Part shown: positions 29,557-38,899 of the stretch, piece by piece | Layout of the letters: every line of letters starts with the position of its first letter | How positions within the stretch are numbered: the first letter of the stretch is position 1 | Assembly (NCBI GenBank): GCA_964447515.1 | Contig: CAYUSS010000001.1 | Location: 4,092-68,091 of the forward strand | Length of the DNA: 64,000 nt | From: an uncultured Candidatus Saccharibacteria bacterium | GTDB taxonomy: Bacteria > Patescibacteriota > Minisyncoccia > Minisyncoccales > GWA2-38-27 | Reading direction: 5' to 3' | The notes under the pieces: generated by a model | The model's database searches: none | Told to the model about the DNA's origin: nothing | Seen by the model: only the letters and a program-made list of their open reading frames with translations | Program-made: the position numbers and the translations under genes

Positions 29557-29796
29557 TCAATTTTTATCCTGCTGTTCGGAATCAACTGGTTGAAAAACTA
29601 TAACCTCAGTTTTCACTTTCCTAATTGCATCGGATTCATGATATTTTTTTTGGAATGTTTCAATTTCTTCCTCGGTCATCAAAACCTTATCTTCGCTACT
29701 GAATAATGGCAAGCCATCCTTCGCTACAACTGAAAAGGATTTATCAAATTGACATCTTATCGCTACAAGATATTTCCTTTTTTTAGCCATCCTCAA
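29557..29796 (-). CDS. hypothetical small protein (79 aa)
   Basis: ORF only; lies downstream of the 67-aa membrane ORF. Confidence 0.35.
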   Translation of the reverse strand: MRMAKKRKYLVAIRCQFDKSFSVVAKDGLPLFSSEDKVLMTEEEIETFQKKYHESDAIRKVKTEVIVFQPVDSEQQDKN

Positions 29797-29824
29797 TCCC
29801 TCCTTTCAGGTTTTTGAATTGGGT

Positions 29825-30028
29825 TTAGTTTCTTTTTTGTCTTCCAGAAAACAAGAATAAACTACCGCCGCCAAAAACTAAAACAGTAGACAACGCAAGC
29901 AACATAATTGTTTCAGACATATCTGCAATTCTTTCTCTTAAGAAATATATAGATGATATTATTAGTCCGATGGCAATAGAGGCTCCTATGAGCATTAGTA
30001 TAAATCCAATCCACTGTTTACGAGTCAT
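29825..30028 (-). CDS. hypothetical small membrane protein (67 aa, 2 TM)
   Basis: Two hydrophobic helices. Confidence 0.35.
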   Translation of the reverse strand: MTRKQWIGFILMLIGASIAIGLIISSIYFLRERIADMSETIMLLALSTVLVFGGGSLFLFSGRQKRN

Positions 30029-30123
30029 TCTTTTTCCTCCTTTTTCAAAATTAAAAGAACTAATTTCCTCTATTTTGGATATTAGGTTATGTTAATATTT
30101 TTGTCAACCAGTCCCAATATAAA

Positions 30124-31584
30124 TTAAACTCGTGGGAAAAGAATCTGGCTCTTCCGGATTCTTAAAATTTGAGAGATTTTCTCTGAGGTTTCGGGCAAAA
30201 TAGGTCTGAGCAATTGAGCAATGTTTTCTAACAAAAATAATAAATTGCTAATTACTAATTTTTGATTTTTTGACTCTTCCCAGGGCCGTTCCTTTTCAAT
30301 ATATTTATCGCAAAAACTAATTAATTTCCAAATTGAAGCCAAAACGCCATTAAATCTAAAATCGTCCAATGCTTTCTTATATTCCCTCTGTGTGTTATCA
30401 ACTACTTTCTCTATTTCTCTCTCTTTTGAGGGTTTATATTTGACGGCCGATATTTTCTCTGCCATTGTTAAAACCCTCGCCACCAAATTTCCTAAGCCCG
30501 AAGCTAAATCCGAATTATACCTCGCTTCAAATTTTTGAAAAGTAAAGTCACCGTCCTCGGCCGGAGGAATTTCCCGCAAAAGATAATATCTAACCGGGTC
30601 AGTTCCATATTTCTTAACGAGTTTAAATGGGTCAATAACATTCCCTAATGATTTCGACATTTTTTGACCCCCAACAGTAATAAATCCATGAACAAATATG
30701 GTTTTGGGCAGTTCTAGTCCAAGCGATAAAATCATCGCTGGCCAAAACAGACAGTGAAATTTTATTATATCTTTCCCAATACAATGAATATCAGCCGGCC
30801 AATATTTTTTAAATTTTTCATCTTCTTTTTCGTATCCAATTGCTGAAATATAATTAGTTAAAGCATCTGCCCAACAATAAATAGTTTGGGTTTTATCGTC
30901 GGGAACCGGTATCCCCCATCTTAAGTTTTTATTTGACCGAGAAAAACTAATATCTCTTAATTCCTGATTTATAAAACTTAAAATTTCGTTTTTTCTTGTT
31001 TCGGGAATAATCTTTATCTCGTCCTTTTCTATAATTTTTTCTATCTTTTTTGAATATCTTGATAATCTAAAAAAATAATTCTCTTCCTCAACTATTTCGG
31101 GTTCTTTTTGATGAACAGGGCACTTTCCGTCTACTAAATCTTTCTCTAAAATAAACGCCTCGCATCCAACACAATATAACCCCTTATACTTTTTTTTATA
31201 AATATCGCCATTCTCTTTTAATTTTAACCAAACTTTTTTTACTGCCGGCCAATGCCTTTTTTTATCAGTTGTCCTAATAAAATCATCATCGGACAAATTT
31301 AAAATCGTCTTCAATTCTTTATACTTATTTGAAATTTCATCAACAAATTCTTTTGGGTTTTTTTCTGTTTTTTTAGATGCTTTAGCAATTTTTGCGCCGT
31401 GTTCGTCAGTACCGGTTAAAAAAAAGACATCCTCATTCAAAAGCCGGTGATATCGAGCTATCACATCTGCCTGAATTGACTCTAAAGCAAATCCAATATG
31501 GGGAAAAGCATTAGCATAAGCGATACTAGTTGTAATGTAAAATTTTCTCCGCGCCATAGCTTTAAAATCCGACCCCTGTCCCAA
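30124..31584 (-). CDS. metG: methionine--tRNA ligase (short form)
   Basis: KMSKSLGNVI, CxxC zinc knuckles, and an N-terminal HIGH-region analogue. Confidence 0.85.
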   Translation of the reverse strand: MGQGSDFKAMARRKFYITTSIAYANAFPHIGFALESIQADVIARYHRLLNEDVFFLTGTDEHGAKIAKASKKTEKNPKEFVDEISNKYKELKTILNLSDDDFIRTTDKKRHWPAVKKVWLKLKENGDIYKKKYKGLYCVGCEAFILEKDLVDGKCPVHQKEPEIVEEENYFFRLSRYSKKIEKIIEKDEIKIIPETRKNEILSFINQELRDISFSRSNKNLRWGIPVPDDKTQTIYCWADALTNYISAIGYEKEDEKFKKYWPADIHCIGKDIIKFHCLFWPAMILSLGLELPKTIFVHGFITVGGQKMSKSLGNVIDPFKLVKKYGTDPVRYYLLREIPPAEDGDFTFQKFEARYNSDLASGLGNLVARVLTMAEKISAVKYKPSKEREIEKVVDNTQREYKKALDDFRFNGVLASIWKLISFCDKYIEKERPWEESKNQKLVISNLLFLLENIAQLLRPILPETSEKISQILRIRKSQILFPRV

Positions 31585-31596
31585 AAAGCTCGGAGG

Positions 31597-31634
31597 TGTT
31601 CAAGGTCGGGTGTTCAAGGTCGGGTCTTGAACAT
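31597..31634. repeat. GTCGGGT-loop hairpin repeat (tandem unit x2 plus closing arm); same as 9608-9639
   Basis: gtgttcaaggtcgggtgttcaaggtcgggtcttgaaca then TTTTT. Confidence 0.7.
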
Positions 31635-31636
31635 TT

Positions 31637-32665
31637 TTATATCGTTATTGCTTTTTGCTCTCTTTTCTTCTGGAGAAATTCTTTAAGAAATTCAAAGAGT
31701 ATTCCGGCTAAAGGAATAGCCAAAAAAGCTCCCAAAATTCCCCAAAGTTTTCCCCCAATAATTAGGGCAATAACCACCATCACCGGAGGAATACCAATAA
31801 TTCTCTTCATTAATAAAGGAGACAAAACATTACCCTCAATCTGCTGAATTAAGAAAAAAACAATTAAAACAAAGAGCGCTTTCAGCATTTCGCTAGGAAA
31901 AATAATTAAGAAAAGCAAAATTGCGGTAAAAAGCGGTCCAATATAGGGAATAAAATTAAAGATCCCGGCAAATAACCCTAAAATAAAAGGATATTTAATA
32001 TCAAAAAGCAAAAATGTAATAAAAGAAGCTATTCCTACAAATAAACAAGCTATTATCCGCACCCCAAACCAGCCGGCAACTTTTTTCTGACATCTTCCCC
32101 AAAGATTCAAAACGTATGTCTCGTATTTTTTGGGAAAAAGAAGAACTAAAGTTCTCTCAGCCGCTTTTTCTTCAAGAGAAAGGAAAATAGCAATAGTAAT
32201 AATGCTTAAAAATGAAAAAAATCCACCAAAAACAACAAACAAAACGTTGAAGATACTACTGGCCATTTTTCCTAAAGTATTTCCAATACTTTCTATAAAA
32301 CTTTCCATACTCTCAAAGGCCTGGAACCCGAGTCCTTCCAAAGGAGGAGAAATTTTCTCAAAATACTGAGGAAAGGATTCTAAAAATAAATGAATTTCAG
32401 AAGCAAACAAAGGAATAACTAAATAGATTAAAAAACTAAAAACTCCGAAAAAGCCGAAATATACAAGAATAATACTAAGAATCCGAGGAATTTTTTTCCT
32501 CTGGAGAAAATCAATAACTGGATTGAACAAAATTGAAATTGTCAAAGCAAAAATAAACCAGATAATGATATTCCTAATGGAGTAAAAAACAAAAAAACAA
32601 ATAACAACAAGAGAAATTTTTAAGATTGTTCTCCAAGATATATCTAATATTTTTTCGTTGTCCAT
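31637..32665 (-). CDS. AI-2E family transporter (PerM/UPF0118)
   Basis: 8-TM topology with conserved C-terminal ...LAIPLAG. Confidence 0.65.
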   Translation of the reverse strand: MDNEKILDISWRTILKISLVVICFFVFYSIRNIIIWFIFALTISILFNPVIDFLQRKKIPRILSIILVYFGFFGVFSFLIYLVIPLFASEIHLFLESFPQYFEKISPPLEGLGFQAFESMESFIESIGNTLGKMASSIFNVLFVVFGGFFSFLSIITIAIFLSLEEKAAERTLVLLFPKKYETYVLNLWGRCQKKVAGWFGVRIIACLFVGIASFITFLLFDIKYPFILGLFAGIFNFIPYIGPLFTAILLFLIIFPSEMLKALFVLIVFFLIQQIEGNVLSPLLMKRIIGIPPVMVVIALIIGGKLWGILGAFLAIPLAGILFEFLKEFLQKKREQKAITI

Positions 32666-32750
32666 TTTTCATCAGTGGAAATCAGCCATTATCCGCGGTC
32701 ATCTTTAAATTGATTGCCGCTGATTTATAGCTGATTACCGCAAATTACAG

Positions 32751-34031
32751 CTACAGCTTCAAAAGTTTTCCAAACTTTCTTTTGTCTTTAAACGGCCCAA
32801 TTAAAGCTAAATTTAATTTTTGGGGTTGGAAAATGTCTCGGCTAACTTTAAAAATGTCATTAACGTTTACTTGATTAATTTTATCATATACTCCCTTCGG
32901 AGCTAAAAATTTTCTTTCAAGAATCTCCTGAACTCCATAAAAAGATGCCTGGGCATCAGAGGTTTCTAAGAGCAAAGTCATTCTTCCTTTTAAATTATCT
33001 TTTGCTTTTTCAAGTTCTTTGGTCAAAATCTTCTTCTGAGAAATCTTCTTGTATTCTTCCAAAATAACAGAGATGGCTTTTCCAGCTTTTTTGTTATCCA
33101 CTCCGGCTTGAGTAATCAAACATCCGCTATCCGGGTCAGAAAAAGAATTGGTTTTAATATAATAGGCAAGCCCCAACTCTTCCCTTATCTTAATAAACAA
33201 ACGAGAGCTCATCATTCCCCCCAAAACCGTAGCTAAAACATCCTGAGTATATCTCTGGGGATGAGACAAATTATACCCTCTCACGCCTAAGCAAAGGTGA
33301 GTCTGGTCAGTTTTTCTTCTCTGTAATAAAAATCGAGGTTCTGTTTGTTTTTCAATAACATCAGATTTTTTAATAGGTGTTTTAGCTTTTATTCCAGAAA
33401 AATATTTCTTTACTTCATTTATGGCCTTGGCATCAGCTGGTATATTCCCCGCTAAACAGATAACAGTGTTAGAGGCAACATATTGTTTTTTTATATAGTT
33501 AACTAATTGTCGGTGAGAAATTCCGGCTACGGTTTTTTTAGTACCAGCAATATCCCACCCAGCCGGTTGGTCGCCGTAGAGCACTTTATTCCACAAGCCC
33601 TGAACATAAGAAGCAGGATTATCATAAGACATATTAATTTCCTCAATAATAACTCCTTTTTCTTTTTTTATTTCTTCTGGGTCCAGTTTTGAATTTAAAT
33701 AAATATCAGAAATTATATCTAAAGCTAAATCAAAATGTTTAGCATCAACTTTGGCAAAGTAGCCGGTATAATCCTCTCCGGTAAAAGCATTATAAACTCC
33801 CCCTGTTCTGTCCAACGGCTCAGAAATAGAAATTTTAGAAGGTCTTTTTTTTGTTCCCTTAAATAATAAATGCTCAAGCAAATGAGAAATTCCGCTTATT
33901 TCTTTTTTCTCGTATTTAGAACCGGTCCCGGCCAAGACCAAAACTGTCACCGCTCTGGTGCTTTTTTGGGGAACAGTAATTATTCTTAAACCATTTTTGA
34001 GAGTAGTTTTTTTAACCATAGCGATAAGCAA
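32751..34031 (-). CDS. M16-family zinc peptidase (insulinase-like)
   Basis: Inverted zinc motif HLLEHLLFKGT (HxxEH). Confidence 0.8.
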   Translation of the reverse strand: MLIAMVKKTTLKNGLRIITVPQKSTRAVTVLVLAGTGSKYEKKEISGISHLLEHLLFKGTKKRPSKISISEPLDRTGGVYNAFTGEDYTGYFAKVDAKHFDLALDIISDIYLNSKLDPEEIKKEKGVIIEEINMSYDNPASYVQGLWNKVLYGDQPAGWDIAGTKKTVAGISHRQLVNYIKKQYVASNTVICLAGNIPADAKAINEVKKYFSGIKAKTPIKKSDVIEKQTEPRFLLQRRKTDQTHLCLGVRGYNLSHPQRYTQDVLATVLGGMMSSRLFIKIREELGLAYYIKTNSFSDPDSGCLITQAGVDNKKAGKAISVILEEYKKISQKKILTKELEKAKDNLKGRMTLLLETSDAQASFYGVQEILERKFLAPKGVYDKINQVNVNDIFKVSRDIFQPQKLNLALIGPFKDKRKFGKLLKL

Positions 34032-34082
34032 AAAAATTGAGGGGGTTAGAAGGTTGGATGGTTAGCTTTTGAATTAAATCTC

Positions 34083-34769
34083 CTAATCTCCTAATCTCCT
34101 AATCTCCTGCCTGAATTCTTTTCTATTTATTAATATCAAAAATCTGATTTTTAGAAGCTGATAGGTCATTTTTAAACGATTTTTAAATCCCTTCAAAAGC
34201 CCCCACTTTTTTTCTTTTATTATTACAGTCAAACCTTTTAACTCTTGATAATGAACCTGCAGTCTATTAATTAAACAATAATAATTTAAAGCCGTCTCAA
34301 TAGCAAATCCTTGGATAAACCTTTCCGGTATATTCTCAAAAACAAAACGTTTCATCGCTCTTTCCCCTCCAATAGCTGAAAGAGAGTCAATTTTAACAAT
34401 AATTTTAGGTAAGCCCCAGTAACGTTCTCTTAATCCCACGCACATTACAGCTTTATTTTCTAAAACAGGCTGGACCAATAAAGAAATATGCTTGATGGTC
34501 AAACCAATTAAATCGGCATCAACAAAAACTATTATTTCAGCTTTAGTGCTTTTTACTCCCTGTTTCATAGCATTACCCTTGCCTCTATTTTCTGACAAGC
34601 TTATCACTTTGGCTCCGAGCTCTGCTGCTATCTCAGCCGTTCTATCCTCTGAACCGTCATCTACTACAATCACTTGAGCAAGGTCTTTTGAATTTAAAAG
34701 CACCTTTAAAACTCTGCCGATATTTTTTTCTTCATTTAAAGCGCAAACAATAGCGGCAACTTTATTCAT
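34083..34769 (-). CDS. family 2 glycosyltransferase (polyprenol-phosphate sugar transferase-like)
   Basis: VVDDGSEDRT...VFVDADL. The C-terminal ...QEIRRLGD is encoded by a tandem ctcctaat x3 repeat at 34075-34100. Confidence 0.7.
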   Translation of the reverse strand: MNKVAAIVCALNEEKNIGRVLKVLLNSKDLAQVIVVDDGSEDRTAEIAAELGAKVISLSENRGKGNAMKQGVKSTKAEIIVFVDADLIGLTIKHISLLVQPVLENKAVMCVGLRERYWGLPKIIVKIDSLSAIGGERAMKRFVFENIPERFIQGFAIETALNYYCLINRLQVHYQELKGLTVIIKEKKWGLLKGFKNRLKMTYQLLKIRFLILINRKEFRQEIRRLGD

Positions 34770-36180
34770 TTAATTTTTCTCTTAAAACCTTAATTAAATC
34801 TTTAATTTTTACTCTTTCCTGTTTCATTGTATCGCGGTATCTGATGGTCAGGTCGTCTTGTTTCAAACTTTCAAAATCGATAGTTAAACACAGACAGGTT
34901 GCCACTTCGTCTTGCCTGCGGTATCTCCTACCAATTGAACCAACTTCGTCATATTGACAAACAAAATGGGATTTTAGTATTTGATAAACCTCTCTAGCTT
35001 TTTTAACCAATTCTGGTTTATTTTTAACTAAAGGCAAAACTGCTACTTTAATTGGGGCTATTTTTTTATCAAGTTTAAGCAAAACTTCATTTTCTTTTGT
35101 TGCTTTTGTTGTCTTAGTTCTTCCGCCTTTTATCTCCTGATAGCCATCAATTAAAAGGGCTAAAAGGGCTCTCTCTATTCCCAATGTCGGCTCAATGACA
35201 TAGGGATAATAATTTTTCTTTTTTCCCTCATCAAAATATTTCAAATCCTTGCCGGAAAACTCATTATGTCTTTTTAAATCGTAATCTCTGCGATTAGCCA
35301 CCCCAGCAAGCTCTGCCCAACCAAAAGGAAACTTATACTCTATATCAACCGTTCTTTTTGAATAGTGAGCCAAACTTTCTTTAGGGTGCTCAAATCTCCG
35401 TAAATTTTTCTTTTTTAATCCCAAATCCAAATAGAACTTTTCCCATTTATTCAGCCAAACCTCAAACCATTTTTCATCCTCTCCCGGCTCAACAAAAAAC
35501 TCAATTTCAGCAAGATCAAATTCCCTGGAACGAAAAGTAAAATCACCGAGAGTAATTTCATTTCGGAAAGACCTGCCAATCTGGGCGATACCAAAGGGAA
35601 TTTTTAATCGCGAGGAATCTAAAACATTTTGAAAATTTGTAAACATTGACTGAGCCGTCTCGGGCCGCAAATAGGTCTGGTGGGCTTTATCTCCAACTGG
35701 TCCCAAAAAGGTCTTGAACATTAGATTGAACATCTTGGGTTCTGTAAAATCTTTGCCCCCACATCCCGGACACTGATTTTTCTCTTTTGCCTCACCCTGA
35801 CCAACAAACCGCGCTGCTGCCAAATGGTCAGCTCTAAATCTGAAATGACATTTTTTACATTCCCTGAGAGGGTCAGTAAAATTCTCTACGTGTCCTGATG
35901 CCTGCCAAACCTTAGGATGCATTAAGACTGTTCCGTCAATTAGAACAATATTATTTTCTCCTAAAACAAAACTCTTTAACCAAAATTCCTTTAAATTATT
36001 TTTCATCAGAGACCCCAAAGGTCCATAATCCCAAAGGCCGGCGACTCCGCCGTAAATTTCTGATGATGGGAAAATAAAACCCCGCCTCTTGGAAAGGGAA
36101 ACGATTTTTTCCATTAAATTAGTTCTGTTTTGTTCTTTACTCATTACATTTAGTATAATATTTTTAAAAGGACTTGACAA
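34762..36180 (-). CDS. glyQS: glycine--tRNA ligase (dimeric class II type)
   Basis: Class II motifs, an insertion with a Zn-binding CxxC cluster, and an anticodon-binding C-terminus. Confidence 0.85.
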   Translation of the reverse strand: MSSPFKNIILNVMSKEQNRTNLMEKIVSLSKRRGFIFPSSEIYGGVAGLWDYGPLGSLMKNNLKEFWLKSFVLGENNIVLIDGTVLMHPKVWQASGHVENFTDPLRECKKCHFRFRADHLAAARFVGQGEAKEKNQCPGCGGKDFTEPKMFNLMFKTFLGPVGDKAHQTYLRPETAQSMFTNFQNVLDSSRLKIPFGIAQIGRSFRNEITLGDFTFRSREFDLAEIEFFVEPGEDEKWFEVWLNKWEKFYLDLGLKKKNLRRFEHPKESLAHYSKRTVDIEYKFPFGWAELAGVANRRDYDLKRHNEFSGKDLKYFDEGKKKNYYPYVIEPTLGIERALLALLIDGYQEIKGGRTKTTKATKENEVLLKLDKKIAPIKVAVLPLVKNKPELVKKAREVYQILKSHFVCQYDEVGSIGRRYRRQDEVATCLCLTIDFESLKQDDLTIRYRDTMKQERVKIKDLIKVLREKLNE

Positions 36181-36201
36181 CGTCTTTTGTTATGATAATA
36201 T
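36174..36201 (+). promoter_or_regulatory. sigma70-type promoter (TTGACA-16-TAATAT) driving the 36208-36563 RNA
   Basis: ttgaca acgtcttttgttatga taatat. Confidence 0.55.
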
Positions 36202-36207
36202 ACATTT

Positions 36208-36563
36208 AGAATTCTTGAGAAAAAGGAGGATAGGCAACAGTAGCCACTCGAAAGGTAAAAAGCCGACTTCTGAGCTCTACGGGGACTACTGTGCTCACGC
36301 ACATACGCCTATCCTCTCAAAATTCCAGCGGCAAGCTCTTTTCCGGGTTCTCCATTGGTCTGTCGGCCGCAACTACCATGCGGTGCGAACCCCTCAACCC
36401 GAGAACCACGGAGAGACTTGCTGCTGGAATAAATAGTTCCCTTTTGGGGAACAAAAGGCGATAAGGAAAAGGTTAGTGGTGCTCTTTTGCAGTGCGACGT
36501 CAAACAGCACACCACGCAGATGACGTCACGACCACAAACCTCTACTTTATCGCCTCTTTTTTT
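36208..36563 (+). ncRNA. large structured ncRNA of unassigned identity (about 355 nt; RNase P-type-B-like GCGGU..AACCCCUC..GAGAACC motif)
   Basis: GC-rich island without a credible ORF, between a canonical promoter and a U-run terminator (ctttatcgcctcttttttt). Long-range pairs ggaggataggc/gcctatcctc and aaggcgataagg/ctttatcgcct. cggtgcgaacccctcaacccgagaacc resembles the B. subtilis RNase P segment GCGGUAAACCCCUCGAGCGAGAAACC. It is flanked by inverted TTGTTATGATAA. Confidence 0.45.
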
Positions 36564-36571
36564 ATCATAAC

Positions 36572-36608
36572 AACGAGGACGGGCCTCGTTGATGAAATCC
36601 GTCCTCGT
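36572..36608. repeat. GACGGGC-loop hairpin repeat aacgaggacgggcctcgtt...ccgtcctcgt
   Basis: Member of the hairpin family, directly after the ncRNA terminator. Confidence 0.6.
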
Positions 36609-36629
36609 ATTGTTTCATATTTCATAAAT

Positions 36630-38336
36630 TTACTGGATTACTCCCATCTCCCTACTTACCGTCTCATCGTCTGGCAAAGTAGTATCTATTGCTGGGGCTA
36701 TATTCTCAATAATTGTCTCTGTCCATTGGTCTTCCCCGCTAATCCTTGCTTCATTAATAATTGAAGCCACCTCTCCCTTTTGTTTTGAAGTAGGAGTTAG
36801 GGCGACTTGGAAAGCAATGTTTGGGGCTGGATTCAAAACCCCTGTCCCTGCTTCCATCATCTCATTATCTCTAACCGACCAAACAATTTCCCTGCTTTGG
36901 TTATCAAAAGTGAATTTTGTGTTTTCTTCTTCAGGAAAAATTTTCCCGGTTAACCTGACGTTAGAAGGCAACATTGCTTTTACCTTTACATTTTTAACAT
37001 CATTAAAATAATTCTTTGCCTGCCAAATTATAACATATCTCGTCTCTTCCCCGACTTTTGGTGGAATTGGCCCTGATTTTCCAAAAATCTCATTCTGATA
37101 ATAACCTTTCTGGGAAATAGCTAATTTTGAATTTACTTTTGTTACAAATTCTTCTTTCATTTGAGAAAGCAAAACCGTATTTTTCAAAAGCCCATTTTTT
37201 TCTTGAGGACTGCTAATTTCCCATTTTTCTTTGAGATTTATCCAAAACTCAACTTTACCTTCCTCCCCTTGCCCTAAAAAGCGAAGCTTAGAAATATCCT
37301 CATAGTCCCACATTATAGAATTATCTCCTTTACTGAATTGACCATTATTTATTTTTATAGTTTCGAAATCAAATCCATCACCCCCTAAACTAACTGCTAA
37401 AAACAAATCTCTAAAAGGGTCTTCTCCAATGTTTCTAAAATAAATTTCGTAATGAAGCAAATCTCCGGAATTGGCAATGTAGTTATCTTGCTTATTTATT
37501 TGCTGGAAAACAAAAAGACGAGGTTCGGCAATTTCCACCCCTCTGGTTATTTTTTTTATTGGAATAAATTCATTTTCTAACCAAATACCAAGAATAGCTT
37601 GGAAAATTTTTTGCTCTTTAAACTCTCCTAATAACTTTCCTTTAATTTCAACTCTTCCTCCCTCAGCTCTATTTAAAAGAGGAATTTCCCATTCTGTTTT
37701 CCCCAATGTTTCGGGTTCACTTTCCAAAAATTCAAAACCTGAAGGATATTCAATTTTTATTCCAAGATTGCTAAGAGGATAATCCAAACTGGAAAAATAA
37801 TTCAAAGAAAAATTGAAATCTCTGCCTGTTTCTACTTTTGAAGGAAGGTCAAACTCAAGAGTTAAAGGAACTGATTTGACCACGGTGGTAAAAGTAGTAA
37901 CTGACTCATAGCGGGCTTTTAAATTTTTCGGCCGACAACTCAACCAAACCTTAGCTGTCTTCGCTTCGTTTTCTCTCCCAAAAAGCCTTCCCTTAAACTG
38001 GAAAGTTCTTTCTTCACCGGGATAAATATCTCCTAATTCTTCCGGTCCTATTTCTTGTCTTCGGGAAAGATTTTCTTCTCCTTCAGCTTCATTATCCGAA
38101 GAAATAATAGTATGTTCTGGAAATTCAAAAATAAGTTGTGGTTCTTCTAATCTAACATTGCCATTATTTTTATATTTCACCGTATATTCAACTTCCTGAA
38201 AAATCGCTGTTTCTTCGGGACCTAAAATTTCCAATTTCAAAATTTCCTTTGAGTAAGGGTTTCTTTGCCAATACCAAAAACCAGCAATTCCCAAAACTAA
38301 AGCTAAAATTATAATAAAAAAAATAAATTTCTTCAT
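36630..38336 (-). CDS. large hypothetical secreted/membrane-anchored protein (568 aa)
   Basis: N-terminal TM/signal; beta-rich, with no diagnostic motif. Confidence 0.5.
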   Translation of the reverse strand: MKKFIFFIIILALVLGIAGFWYWQRNPYSKEILKLEILGPEETAIFQEVEYTVKYKNNGNVRLEEPQLIFEFPEHTIISSDNEAEGEENLSRRQEIGPEELGDIYPGEERTFQFKGRLFGRENEAKTAKVWLSCRPKNLKARYESVTTFTTVVKSVPLTLEFDLPSKVETGRDFNFSLNYFSSLDYPLSNLGIKIEYPSGFEFLESEPETLGKTEWEIPLLNRAEGGRVEIKGKLLGEFKEQKIFQAILGIWLENEFIPIKKITRGVEIAEPRLFVFQQINKQDNYIANSGDLLHYEIYFRNIGEDPFRDLFLAVSLGGDGFDFETIKINNGQFSKGDNSIMWDYEDISKLRFLGQGEEGKVEFWINLKEKWEISSPQEKNGLLKNTVLLSQMKEEFVTKVNSKLAISQKGYYQNEIFGKSGPIPPKVGEETRYVIIWQAKNYFNDVKNVKVKAMLPSNVRLTGKIFPEEENTKFTFDNQSREIVWSVRDNEMMEAGTGVLNPAPNIAFQVALTPTSKQKGEVASIINEARISGEDQWTETIIENIAPAIDTTLPDDETVSREMGVIQ

Positions 38337-38394
38337 AGATCTATTTTATTATAGCAAATTATTCAATTTTTTGTAGTAAACTGCTATGTTCTTT

Positions 38395-38590
38395 TTTAAT
38401 TCAAGACTATGATTGCAAACGAGGGAGAAAAAGAAAAATTCATTTTTCTTTTTCAACCGAGCGAAGCAATTATGCGGCGAAGCCACAATATGATTATACC
38501 TTAGCGAATCAAGGTTCTGCCGACTTCGTCTGGCCAGAGACCGACTTCGTCGAGCCGACGGCCGAGCGTTAGCGAGGCAGATTCTTAAAT
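38395..38590. repeat. mosaic intergenic repeat, inverted copy of 27715-27960
   Basis: ttcaagactatgattgcaaacgagggagaaaaagaaaaattcatttttctttttcaaccgagcgaagcaattatgcggcgaagccacaatatgattata... is the reverse complement of the 27781-27930 copy. Confidence 0.7.
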
Positions 38591-38890
38591 CTCGTAGTCT
38601 TCAAACCCTCCTAATTCTCTCAGATATTCCTTCTTGTCCTTTATCTCATCTCTCTCTGTCCTGGTCTTTGCCTTTCTCTCTTGGGTTTCTAATTCCCTTA
38701 AAACTTTCTTGTAATCATCTCTGGAAATCTGACCTCCATATTTTCTGTTAAACACTCCTTTCGCTATTTTCTCTCTTTCAGCCCGAGTATATTTTTTGCC
38801 CCCTGTTTCAGGAATTATCCCTGAAGACTGCTCTATCTTTTTTCCGATATCTTTCCGGGATAAAGATTTTTTTTTATCAAAAAGTCCCAT
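38585..38890 (-). CDS. hypothetical small basic protein (101 aa)
   Basis: ORF only. Confidence 0.4.
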   Translation of the reverse strand: MGLFDKKKSLSRKDIGKKIEQSSGIIPETGGKKYTRAEREKIAKGVFNRKYGGQISRDDYKKVLRELETQERKAKTRTERDEIKDKKEYLRELGGFEDYEI

Positions 38891-38899
38891 ATTTGTTTA

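Noticed and set aside
36089-36515. ORFs 36089..36436 (+) and 36309..36515 (-)
   Set aside because: They lie in the GC-rich promoter/terminator-bounded RNA locus. They have no RBS and no similarity to known proteins, so a structured RNA is the better explanation.
36208-36563. Assignment of the 36208 RNA as tmRNA
   Set aside because: No tRNA-like ends or tag frame, and a convincing tmRNA lies next to smpB at 44479-44828.
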